From the NCBI GenBank assembly GCA_032718475.1, contig JAUCBJ010006711.1, positions 1 to 64,000 on the forward strand: 64,000 nt of DNA, written 5' to 3'. The notes under the pieces were generated by a model. It ran no database searches, had not been told where the DNA came from, and saw only the letters and a list, made by a program, of their open reading frames with translations. A program made the translations under genes and the position numbers. Source of the stretch: Nemertoderma westbladi. Taxonomy: Eukaryota; Animalia; Xenacoelomorpha. This document shows positions 26,281-37,873 of this stretch, one piece after another. The stretch's first letter is position 1, and every line of letters starts with the position of its first letter.

Positions 26281-28010
26281 TACTTCTTGTAAAATTTACC
26301 CTTCTTAGTTTATTTGGTTTCTTGTTGAAACTTTGTTTGATAAATCCTTTGTAAAACTGTAAATATACTGCAAATTCCTGAACATGTTTTCTTTTGGTCC
26401 AACTTTGGGACAGCCAAACATCGGGAAGATGGCAGCCTAGACCGTTAGGCCGTCAGCAACGCAGGGAAAAGATGTCCACAACACGCTAGCACCCACATTG
26501 GATTGACCGCGCACCCCCATTGCCCTTTGAAATGCTCAACTTGCCATGCAGCGCCCGCTTTGTGAGAAAGGTAAGACTTTGTTCGACGCCCTTGCCCGCC
26601 GTAAGACCTATAGATCAGGGTAAGCGTGACGCCGTCCTGGACGCCGCAAATTTAGGATCAAATAATTATATTCAGACAGAAACCCCCCCCCCCCCCCCCC
26701 CCCTTTTGTCAGTCCTACGAACCCCTGGGTTAACCTGTACTTCCTACAGGTGCGAACTATTGCCATTCGTCAGTACGCGAGTACATAGGTACGGACAGCA
26801 TATGTTCCATAATTTAGTGATTCGTAGTACTGGCTGTTTGGTACCAGTTCGCTTTGTAGAACGTACATTAGTACCCCCCCCCCCCCCCCCCTGTCTGGAG
26901 TTAGCTATTTGATCAGGCAAGGAGTATTTCTGCTACCGGCACACTGCTTGGCCTAGGGAGGTTTTATTAATATCCTACCGTGCCTTGCCACGTACTGATA
27001 GGTATTGCTGCTAACTACCGCAGCAACAAAGTTCTAGAATTAAATTAGTATACCAGATCAGCTAACGTACGGTAGCGATTAACCCCTATTTATTATCTTA
27101 CAACCAGAATCTGGTATTAGTGCCGATCACGGGTGTAGTTACTAACACCATGGTTGCCCATTGGGTTGTGGATAGGAAGGAGAGAGCTTTGACGTCATTT
27201 GTGAGTATAAAGTTCTACAAAACGCGACTAGTTTATTTTAGTAGCTAGCGCACGGTATCATTTCGGTCAGAAAATTACTAAAACCTAGTAAAAAGGAAAT
27301 ACACGAAATTGTTTTATTTGTAACACACCCACACACACACGCCCTAAAACATATTCGCCCTTAGAGTTCTACTAGCTATAGCGCACTATACATTATTTTA
27401 GGTAGAAATTATCTGTATTTGTAAAATTAGGATCTGATATTTAGTTACGGCAAGAAGGAGTATTTCACTTTCGTTATTAAACTGTTGTTTTCTGCGCAGC
27501 AGTATTGTTACATTTAGGCCTGACCCTTTAGACTGATTTCGTAAAGGGGGATCAGTTATTGTTACATTAGGCACGACCCCTTTCGACTGATTTAGGACTG
27601 AATCAGTGTTGTTACGCTAGGTCTGTTAACCCACTAGCTCGTATATAAACCATATAAATCACACCGCGGCAAGTTACTGTATTTAGGACTGACAGTGATA
27701 GTTATGATTCGCTGCTCGGGGATTGTTTTCCCGTGAGTTTGGTCTGTTACTGTAACTGTACATCTGCCTCACTGGTTAGAGGACAGGTATCCTTTTGTCT
27801 AGTACGTAGGCATTAGACCCGCTCACGTACATAGAATAGATACTAGGCTCTGTTCCTCGCCAGTAGTCGTTTGTGTATTGTATCTGTTTGTTTAGATATC
27901 CTGGACTGGGATTTGTTGTCAGATACTGTACGAGCCCGTATACATTACTAGAGTCTCATAGTAAGATACATCGTTACTAGGATCTGGTAAGCGGTATACT
28001 ACTGGACCCT

Positions 28011-28210
28011 TACAGTAGGAAGTATATTATACATATTCTGAAATTAGTGTATAGTATTTCTATCGTAGTGTAAAATATTCCTACCTTACAGTAGGAAGTA
28101 TATTATACAAATTCTGAAATTAGTGTATAGTATTTCTATCGTAGTGTAAAATATTCCTACCTCACAGTAGGAAGTATATTATACAAATTCTGAAATTAGT
28201 GTATAGTATT
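28011..28210 (+). repeat. 76-bp tandem repeat (~2.6 copies) starting at the LTR end/PBS position
   Basis: (T/C)ACAGTAGGAAGTATATTATAC at 28011, 28087 and 28163. Confidence 0.9.
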
Positions 28211-29112
28211 ATTTCGATCTGTTAGCTATTGTAAGTAGGAGATATTTAAAAATTAAGGTTAGTAAATTTAGTAATTTAGAACGTCTCCTGCTTCAGTAGG
28301 CTTTTAGGGTAGCTAGTACTTTCGTATTTAATATTTGACTAGCTAACAGTTAGTTTGTAGCACTTTGTTTTACGCCGTGTGTGTGCGGTGTTACTTTCGG
28401 TACTTGAAAAGGTACATAGGGTTTAAAGACCAATTTGTATCGGTACCTAGGAAGATTTTTCGTAAACGTAGAAGTAAAACTCTCACCTTCGACCTTTTCA
28501 GGGCTCAAGGACTCATTTCTGGACCGCTTCGAGGATTAGACCGCTTTTCGCAAAGTTTGGGAGACAATAAATTCGTCCGCGCCGCCGAAAAACGGAAAGA
28601 CCCACGTCCGGTTTGTATTTGGGAATTTGTACGACTGGAAGATCAAAGGAACGTAAGTTTTACGACTCGCGTCGTTCAAACTTAAGAAAGCACAGTAGTA
28701 CTCAAAATTTGTGGGTTTCACTGTCTATTAGTAGTGTTGTTGGTACTTATTTTCCCGTTAGACGTTGCTGTTTTGCCTATTATTTGTACTTGTTGATCTA
28801 CATTTTGGTAACGTATACCATTATCTCATTTATTCGTACAAATTTAGCCGGTAGGCTAGATTACTACTTATTTTATTATATACCTTGTTAGTTTTATTCG
28901 TACCGGTTAGGGTATATATATGATATATATATATATCAAGGTAAGTTTGACATTTGTACATTTCGACATTTTGACATTTTGACATTCTGACTTTGTTGAT
29001 TTATTGTACCGGTTAGGGTATATATATACTATATATACCAAGGTAAGTTTGACACTTCAACATTCAGACACTTTGACATTTTATTACCCATACTTGACGT
29101 ATATAATAAGAC

Positions 29113-32100
29113 ATGAGTGACACACCCCATTCGACGAGATACCCACCTACCGACTATGACTCGTGCGACCCGGACAGATCGACAGTAGACGAACCAAGAA
29201 GGAGAACCCGAAATTCCACCGATGTCACACCGCTTGCGTCGCCGGTACCCCGAACGGAAATACCGGAAGCCGCAACGCGTGGCGACTGCAGAATCGAAGA
29301 TTTCCTTACCGTCCCGCAGACTAGATCGCGGGAACCGGACATGGTAAGTTCGACTGGAAGCCAGGAGAACGTTATTAGAAGTATAGGAGGACACATGGCC
29401 CAGATTACTCGGAACCTTGTTGAAGGTTTTCGCGTTTTACGCGAGTTAACCGCCCCGATGTCGAGTTACGAGTTCTACTCCTTACAGGTAAGGATAGAAA
29501 GTCGGGTACATGCTTCCGTAGATAAACTTAAAGGTTTACACGAACTTGCAGAGTTGTGTGGCGACAACTTTACTCAAGTAAAGATAGTAGATAAATTAGT
29601 AAGTGCGAGAGAAAGCATTATCCAGTTTAAGTCAGTAATAAGATTGGCTCAACGGGAGCAGTTTGACCAACTGCTAGGTGAGTCAGTTTCGGACGCGTTG
29701 TTACAACCCGAAGAGGAAGAAGAACTCTACTGCCTGGACGGAAGGTTGGAAACGCTCACCAATTTTCTTCGTAGATGCGGCGTACCGATCGACGAACCGA
29801 AAGTCGAACCGCGAGGAACGACGGAAGTTCTCACTACGGAAGGCTCGCGAGCCTACCAACATCCACCACTGGATAGATCGTTCGTTAGCGTACGGAGCGA
29901 CGTTGAACGAACGAAGATTTCCTTACCGTCCCGCAGACTAGATCGCGGGAACCGGACATGGTAAGTTCGACTGGAAGCCAGGAGAACGTTATTAGAAGTA
30001 TAGGAGGACACATGGCCCAGATTACTCGGAACCTTGGTGAAGGTTTTCGCGTTTTACGCGAGTTAACCGCCCCGATGTCGAGTTACGAGTTCTACACCTT
30101 ACAGGTAAGGATAGAAAGTCGGGTACATGCTTCCGTAGATAAACTTAAAGGTTTACACGAACTTGCAGAGTTGTGTGGCGACAACTTTACTCAAGTAAAG
30201 ATAGTAGATAAATTAGTAAGTGCGAGAGAAAGCATTATCCAGTTTAAGTCAGTAATAAGATTGGCTCAACGGGAGCAGTTTGACCAACTGCTAGGTGAGT
30301 CAGTTTCGGACGCGTTGTTACAACCCGAAGAGGAAGAAGAACTCTACTGCCTGGACGGAAGGTTGGAAACGCTCACCAATTTTCTTCGTAGATGCGGCGT
30401 ACCGATCGACGAACCGAAAGTCGAACCGCGAGGAACGACGGAAGTTCTCACTACGGAAGGCTCGCGAGCCTACCAACATCCACCACTGGATAGATCGTTC
30501 GTTAGCGTACGGAGCGACGTTGACAACGTTGGCGACGTTAGTAGAACAGCATCTGTAATTACTCGACAACAACAGGAGGTTGCACGCCGACAACAAGTCG
30601 CCGAGGAAGAAGCGCAACACCAGATGGCACAGATCGCCATCGAGGGAGAGAAACAACATAGAGAGGACGAGGCAAGAATTGCGCAACTCAAGGCGCAAGC
30701 CAAATTCGAAGCATCGGAGATGCGGAGACTGGAGGAGGACTTAGCGCGAGAAGCGGCGGCAGCAGCCGACGAGTTAGCACGGAAGAAACCAGCATCCGAC
30801 GCTCGTGCCAAGTTGGAGGCGCGACAAATAAACGCTCGATTAGCTATACAGGAAGCGGAGTTAGCGGCACAACAACAAGTAGCGGATCGACGCGAAAGGG
30901 AGATGCAACTACAGTTCGAACTAAATCGTAGATCGCGCGAGACAGCGAACGCGCAAGCGGATCTCGAACTCGACGCGAGTGATAGATCTATAAGATCGCG
31001 AACTGGACACGACTTGTCTGCCCTGGATCGTATGGAAGCTCGATATCGCGGAATACAAATGCGAATCGAGAAAGGAAGTGTGGGAGCGATAGATCGAGGA
31101 GAGGAGTTCGTCGAGGATTACTGTAAACGTTTTCCCCAAGTTATTCCTATGCTCAAACCCACGACTCCGATAAAACCGGTCTTTGTTACGAAACCTAAGG
31201 AAATAACGCCTGTGCATTCGACGCAAGGCAACAGGTTTGTTGTGACGGAAATACCACAACCTAGGGCAACTTCGTCGCCAATTTTAGCAGGTAACATAAC
31301 TAGTCCACCTACAGTAAGTCGTAGTCTACTTGTAGGAAGAGAGGAACCTGCGTTTATGACCATTAAACAGGTGAGTAAACCATTACAAGTTAAACCTGTG
31401 ACGTGCTGTGCAAATCCAGTTATTTACAGACCGACTACGAAACCCGACTATTTCACTCGACCGTTGACACAATGTTCGACGCAACCTACGACTTCGTGGA
31501 AGGCTTGTGAGCCTACCGAATTACGGAGGAGGATGGATGTGGGTAGTACCCACGGGATCGGACAATGTATAACGAGACCTACGACTTCGTGGAAGGCTTG
31601 CGAGCCTACCGAACAACGGAGAGCCGTAGATTCCGGACCACAACAGACAAGACCAAGAATAATACGCCGGGCACGAACCCGCCAGCCACCTTATCCGGAC
31701 GACAGCGACTCATCTAGCGACTCGGAGTCGACGGAACGGGAAATATTCCGTACTGGAGCGGCGGAGGATTACAAACGAGAGGAGAGGTCGACGAATCCAT
31801 ACATCGACAATCCACCTCGAGAAACACCCCAACAGAAACCCACGTTGAAACCAGCGGAAACGATCAGCGCTAAACAGTTCACCGAGATGACGGACAGAAT
31901 AGCTCAACTCGAAGAACGACTCGAAGCGCAACCGTCGGATCGATCACGGACCAGCATGGAGTTGGAACAACCTAGACAACATCGACCACCGAGGAGAGAA
32001 CAGGAGACTAGACGGACTCCGACCCATCGAGAAGAAGATCCCGTTAATAATTCCTACTGACGAACAACGCGCGGAAGGGAGCGACTGTACGACGCTGCCG

Positions 32101-35100
32101 AACAGGGACGCGGACAGTTGGACTTAGTTAGCGAGATTGCGAAATTCGCGGCTAGACACGGATTACCGGCACAGCAACCGCCGAAGTTCTCTGGCAACGC
32201 GAAACACTGGCGCACACTGGTAGACTACGTAGAGTCCCAGATCGCTAAGTGTGCTTTCACCTCGATGGAGAAGTTTAATTACTTGCTCCAAGTTCTGTCT
32301 GGTGAGCCGAAACGATTAGCGGAAACCTTTATTGGAGTTCCCGATGCCTTTGAGTTGGCGTACGACCGTTTATATTCGATTTACGGAGGTAACGTCGCCA
32401 TGGCTAAATCCATTATCGAAGACCTCTGCAGAGGAGGCAACATTTCGAAACCGATCGACCTTTTACGACTCGCTGACGAAATCAAGAACACTATAGGGAC
32501 TTTACGATCTATTGGACAACTCGAGTACGCTAACGCACCGACGGTTCTCATTCGAATAATCGGTCGACTTCACCATCGACTAAGACGAGAATGGCGACGC
32601 ATCGAGTACCAGCGTGAAGAGGCCGGAGGGTTATTAAAACTCACCGATGTCTATCAACTGATTTCACGGGAGGCCGTGATCGAGACTCGATCGAACTATA
32701 CCGATCACCATATCGCGGCGGAAGGGATAGCTGTTTCTGCGCCGAATCGGACTAAACCATCTCCGACGAACGCAAAAGCCGTTACCTACTGAGACTTCTA
32801 AAGTTCTGACGCCTATCGGCACCACGCAGCCACGACAACAGTTACCGGCGGACTTTGTGGGATGCTCATACTGCGAGCGGAACGGCAGAAACCATAGCGG
32901 ACATAAACTACGTGGATGTCGCGCTTTTAAAGAGTTAGGGATCGAGGAGAGGAGACTCCAAATCCGATCTCTAGATTCCTGTTGGAGATGTATGAAGCCA
33001 GGACATGTCCGGAAGGATTGCCCGAGCGACGATACATGTTCTCTGTGTGGACGTAACCATGACGCGTTGCTTCACACAACCAGTCATACTCCGACCAGAC
33101 GCTTTCGACGAGAGCATCCAGATAAAGCGGCTAGATGCGACGCGCTTTACAAGGAGCGTGCGCCGCGCGAGATCCGTACCTTTTATACCGACTGTATGGA
33201 TCAGTCAGGATCATCGGACGAGGACGAGGAGGAAGACGACACTTTCTACGTGCATGCAGGTGAGGAACAGCCATCGATAACGCTCCTCACACAGAACCAA
33301 CTGAAAGGGTTTAGCGTGATTCCTATAAAGATTACCGGAACCCGAGGGAGCAAGCGTATATACGCCATCTTAGACTCTGCGTCATCACATAGCTATGTCG
33401 ACGAACAAGTAGCCGACGTAGTTACGGACATGAGTCAAGGTAAGACTGCTCAGTATACTGTAAGCAGCATGCATGGTAAGAGAGCGATCCCTGTGACGAG
33501 AGTAAAACTAACTTTGGACACTCTTCTTTCCAAAGCGGAACACAGCAAGGAGGAGCGCTCATTACTTCCGGTAAGAAATTTGACCTTTGCAGCTACGAAG
33601 GACTTTAGTAACTTGCTCGGCCCTGTGCTAGAGCAATCACCGGAAGATCGTAAGTATTTCCGACACCTTGGAATACCGGAATGTCCTGTTAATTATCGTT
33701 CCATTGCGATGTTAATTGGGACAGACCAGTTTAACTTACATCAGGTATGGGAGACACGCCCATCTGTTATTACAGCGGGCAACCCCTACGCATGTAGAAC
33801 TCCCATAGGTTGGTATACTAGAGCACCAATACGTTCACTAGAGGTAAGTGACCAGGAGGACGACGTTTTGAGTACGTGTAGTTTATTGACTAACACGATA
33901 GATAATTCTCCTTCACACTCCCGTGGTCCAATTGTACGGACGGCACTACCGGCGTCACTAACGCAGACGCCACCGATACTGACGTAACCGATCTGGACAC
34001 GACCATATGGACCTCTGACTTACAACTACTTGCAGTAGACCAGGTTGTATTGACTACTGAAGACCAAAGGGTTGTTGCCGTGGATGACTTGATGAACGAG
34101 GATTTTGGAAGGCTTGCGACCCTACCGAAAAATCCGAAGGTCATTGACCCCACCCACCAGTCTTCGACACCGGTCGTTGATCTTGGAAGGCTTGCGAGCC
34201 TACCGATAGATCAAGAAGTTGTCAAACCGCCGCACGACGATTCGACGCCGACTAGTGACACCGGAAGGCTTGCGAGCCTACCAGACGCATTGACACTAGC
34301 CACCGCAGCGGACAAAGACGTGGACGAGGACCATGGCGCAGTGCAAGCAGCGCTTGACCGACTGCTGACTGAACGGACCATACAATGGTTGGAACAGGAC
34401 TCAGCAGAACCCGGTAGTTACGAGACCGCTATGTCAGAACAGGAAAAACGGTCATTAAATATTATAAGAGATACCATTCGCCAGACCGCAAATGGCCACT
34501 ATGAGGTTGGTATGTTGTGGCGCAATGGACAACCTAAGCTCGTTAACATTTACCTGCTTGCTTTGAGGCGACTCAAATCAATAAGGCAGCGATTGTTGCG
34601 AGACGAGACGGCCTTAGACCTAGAACCTCTGCCGACGACCAAAGTATTAGGACTTAGTTGGGACCCTAACACCGACAATTTTAGGGTACGTGTAAGGTCC
34701 AACGACCAGACTAGACCTCTCACTAAGAGGACTTGCTTATCGACCATGAGTCGATTGTATGACCCATTGTGTTTCATTAGTCCAGTGATCCTACATGCTA
34801 GGATCATACTCCGCAGCATTTGGCAAGCCGGACTGGAATGGGATGATCCCATCCCAGAAAAGTTAGCTGAGCGATGGAGGGACTGGGAAGCCCAACTGAC
34901 GTTCCTACAAGACTATACCATACCGAGGGTATACTTTCCTTTGCAAACCACCTTTCCTGCCGATTTAGAGCTTCACAGCTTTAGTGACGCTAGCAAGGAT
35001 GGATTGGGGGTTACTTTATACCTTAGACGACAAGTGACATCGGACAGCTACGATGTATCTCTCGTTACTTCAAGGGCTAGAACAATGCCATTGAAGTATA

Positions 35101-37866
35101 TGACTGTACCTCGTGGGGAGCTGCAAGCCGGGACGATATCCACAGATATTGTCAGTTCAACGCGAGCTGGAGGCTAACTTAAAGGTCACATATTGGACGG
35201 ATGCGACGTTGGTACTTTGGTACATAAACAACGAAGCATTTGAGTTCAAGACTTTCGTAGCCAACAGACGGGCTGAAATATTAGACCGGTCGCTCAAACA
35301 AGATTGGCATCACTGTCCAGGGAAGCTGAACCCAGCTGACATCGCGTCACGGGGGATGCAACCGCTTGACTTTTGTAAACCGGACAATAAATCCTTTTGG
35401 TTTAGAGGACCCGATTTCCTACAGCGACCATCAGACGAATGACCACCGTTATTCGACGCGACAACCAACACCATACCAGAGGGTGCCGAGATAAAAATCG
35501 ACAAGGTTGTCAAGTCTAAAGCGAAAGCCAACGCCAAGGTCAAGAGGAAAAAAGGACGGACGAAATCTGATGACCTGGACACCAGACCTGACATTACGCC
35601 AGACGTCTCACCAGACATTCGACCAGACGCTTGTACGAATCCTTCGCCGGATGTTCCGCGGGAGATTTCACCAGACGTTTCGCCGGATTGTTCACCAGAT
35701 TACTCACCAGACTATTCACCAGAAGAGACACCAGATTGTTCTCTGGATTGTTCGCCAGATTGTTTGATGGAACTCTCGACAAAATGTCTACCGGACGTCT
35801 CACCAGACTTTCCACCAGACATCTCGACAGACTGTCCACCAGACTTTAGACCAGACTTTGGACTAGACTTTCTGACAGAAGTTACGCCAGACAGACTTTG
35901 GGACCGACGACAGGACATTTCGCTGGATGTTCCGCGCTATGTCTCACCAGACGTCTCACCAGACTGTTCACCAGACGCTTCACCAGACTGTCTACTAGAC
36001 ACTCCATTAGAAGACCCATTGGAGCGGAGCTTTAGAGACTTACCGAATTTGACTTCTTTGGACGACAAAGTTGTGGCCACAGGGATTACACTCCGCTCGA
36101 AGAAGGTACTTGACTTACCTACAGGTAAACTTGTGACTAAGGTTAGGAAGCTTACAGGCTCACAGGAACGCACTGACACTGTAGAGTTGAAACCATTACT
36201 GCCAGTCGACACATTAGGTGCGGACGGTAAAGGTAAGACCGTAGAGATTGACGTACTTGGGGACCCAGACAAACCTACCGGAAGGCCCGTGGGCCTACCA
36301 AGTCCAGACAAGTATCCACACTACGACTACACCTTACCTGATGACGTCACCAACACTTACGTTGACAGGATAGTGAACCTACCTAGATCATGGACTGACG
36401 CGTGCCGCAAGTTAGCATGGCTCAAACGATTGAGACAATATGCCAGAGGCAAACGCGACTTTCCTAGAAGACTTACCTTAAAGGAAATTGGCCACTGTGA
36501 AGTTGATATCATTAGACATTATCAATTGCGATATTTCGCACGAGAGTTCACAGCGATCAAACAAGGTAAAAAGATTAAGTCTTCACCGATTTTGAGCTGG
36601 AGTCCGATTATTTACCGGGGCTTACTTTGTCACAAATCCAGACTCCAAAACATCGACTTTGCACTTGACTTTAGGTATCCTATCATCATACCGCAACACC
36701 ATGAATTACAGCGCGCTATGATACTGGACGCACATGTACAACTCAAACACGTAGGTAGACACCACTGTCTATCACACTTACTCTCGAGGTTTGTACTGAT
36801 TAGACCTAGTAAGGCACTGAGTTCGGTAACACGGAACTGTATTATTTGTAAGAAGGTGCACGCGAGGATAGGACACCAAGAAATGAGTGAACTACCACTA
36901 GCAAGATTACAGGCGTTTAGACCCCCTTTCACTGAGACAGGGATAGACTGTTTTGGACCCATAATCGCGAAACGCGGAAGGGTACAGGTAAAACGTTGGG
37001 GATTGATCTTCACTTGCATGGCCAGCAGAGCTGTCCATATAGAGCGAGTGACAGAATTGACCACCAATGCCTTTATCCTAGCCTTACGGCGATTTATCGC
37101 TAGACGTGGATTGGTCAAATCCATATACTGCGACCAAGGGACAAACTTTGTGGGTGCACGGAACGAAATAACCAGAGCTTTGAGAAAATTGGACCAAAAC
37201 CAGATTTCCGAGGAACTACGTCCTCACCGTATTGTTTGGGTTTTCAATACTCCAGACAGTCCGTGGAGAGGCGGCGTTTGGGAAAGGCTGATTGGCTCAA
37301 TAAAGACAGCTATGGCTAAAGTCGTACTGACGCAACACATCTTGACAGACGACCAACTGACGACGTTACTAATAGAAATCGAAGCAATCTTAAATACTAG
37401 ACCGATCGCTTTGATCCCAGACAATAACGACGTACGGTTTGCCTTGACACCAGCACACCTGCTTATGCAGGCGCCGATGACATTGTTGCCTATTTCGGTA
37501 CCCGTTGATAGTGACGGATACGGCAACAAGGCTTGGAAAATCACTCAATTACTTGCAAATAAATTCTGGGAAATATGGCAGAAATATTATTTGCCCTCTA
37601 TTTCAACCAGAACCTCTTGGTATCTAAATACCCGATGTTTAAGATGTGGTGACCATGTTTTATTGGCTGAAGCTAATCTGAAAAGACGGTTTTGGCTGAC
37701 TGGAGTCATTTTGACCACATACCCTACATCTGGTGTAGTGAGGACAGTTACTGTAAGGACTATCGACGGACGTACCATAGATAGGCCTGTACAACGTCTC
37801 GTACTCCTTGAGGAGAGTAGAAACGAGACGGGAGACTACAAATCTCCACCCAATATTAGTAAATAG
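29113..37866 (+). pseudogene. gag-pol: Disrupted BEL/Pao gag-pol: Gag with three Zn knuckles, protease AILDSAS, RT core deleted, RNase H, integrase
   Basis: CWRCMKPGHVRKDC and CSLCGRNHDALLH; HSFSDAS; GIDCFGP/CDQGTNF/GGVWERLI; in-frame stops at 32058 and 35440, a stop plus frameshift at 32790, and further frameshifts. Confidence 0.95.
29295..30523 (+). repeat. 617-bp-period tandem duplication within gag, causing a frameshift
   Basis: CGAAGATTTCCTTACC at 29295 and 29912; the copies are almost identical. Confidence 0.93.
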
Positions 37867-37873
37867 ATGTGGG

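Larger units (their letters stand above)
25745..28014 (+). repeat. 5' LTR of outer element (2270 bp)
   Basis: TGATGAATT...CCCTTACA; ~99% identical to 61682-63950 by manual comparison. Confidence 0.96.

Noticed and set aside
26270-26285. Tf1-style self-priming from the transcript 5' end (ACTTCTAC vs PBS GTAGGAAGT)
   Set aside because: Requires a bulge, gives only 8 pairs, and the inner element's predicted 5' end is not complementary to its PBS
26420-26680. RNase P, group I or hammerhead ribozyme in the LTR conserved block
   Set aside because: Only fragmentary resemblance (e.g. ATTCAGAC), not conserved in the inner LTR; no complete catalytic core found by eye
26520-26912. 130-aa LTR ORF with poly-Pro
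   Set aside because: Arises from poly-C runs; frameshifted in the 3' LTR copy (62457/62641); not conserved in the sister LTR
30295-37778. Antisense and alternative-frame ORFs overlapping gag-pol (also within 42016-53788 and 57351-60994)
   Set aside because: Shadow ORFs of coding or repetitive sequence with no independent motifs
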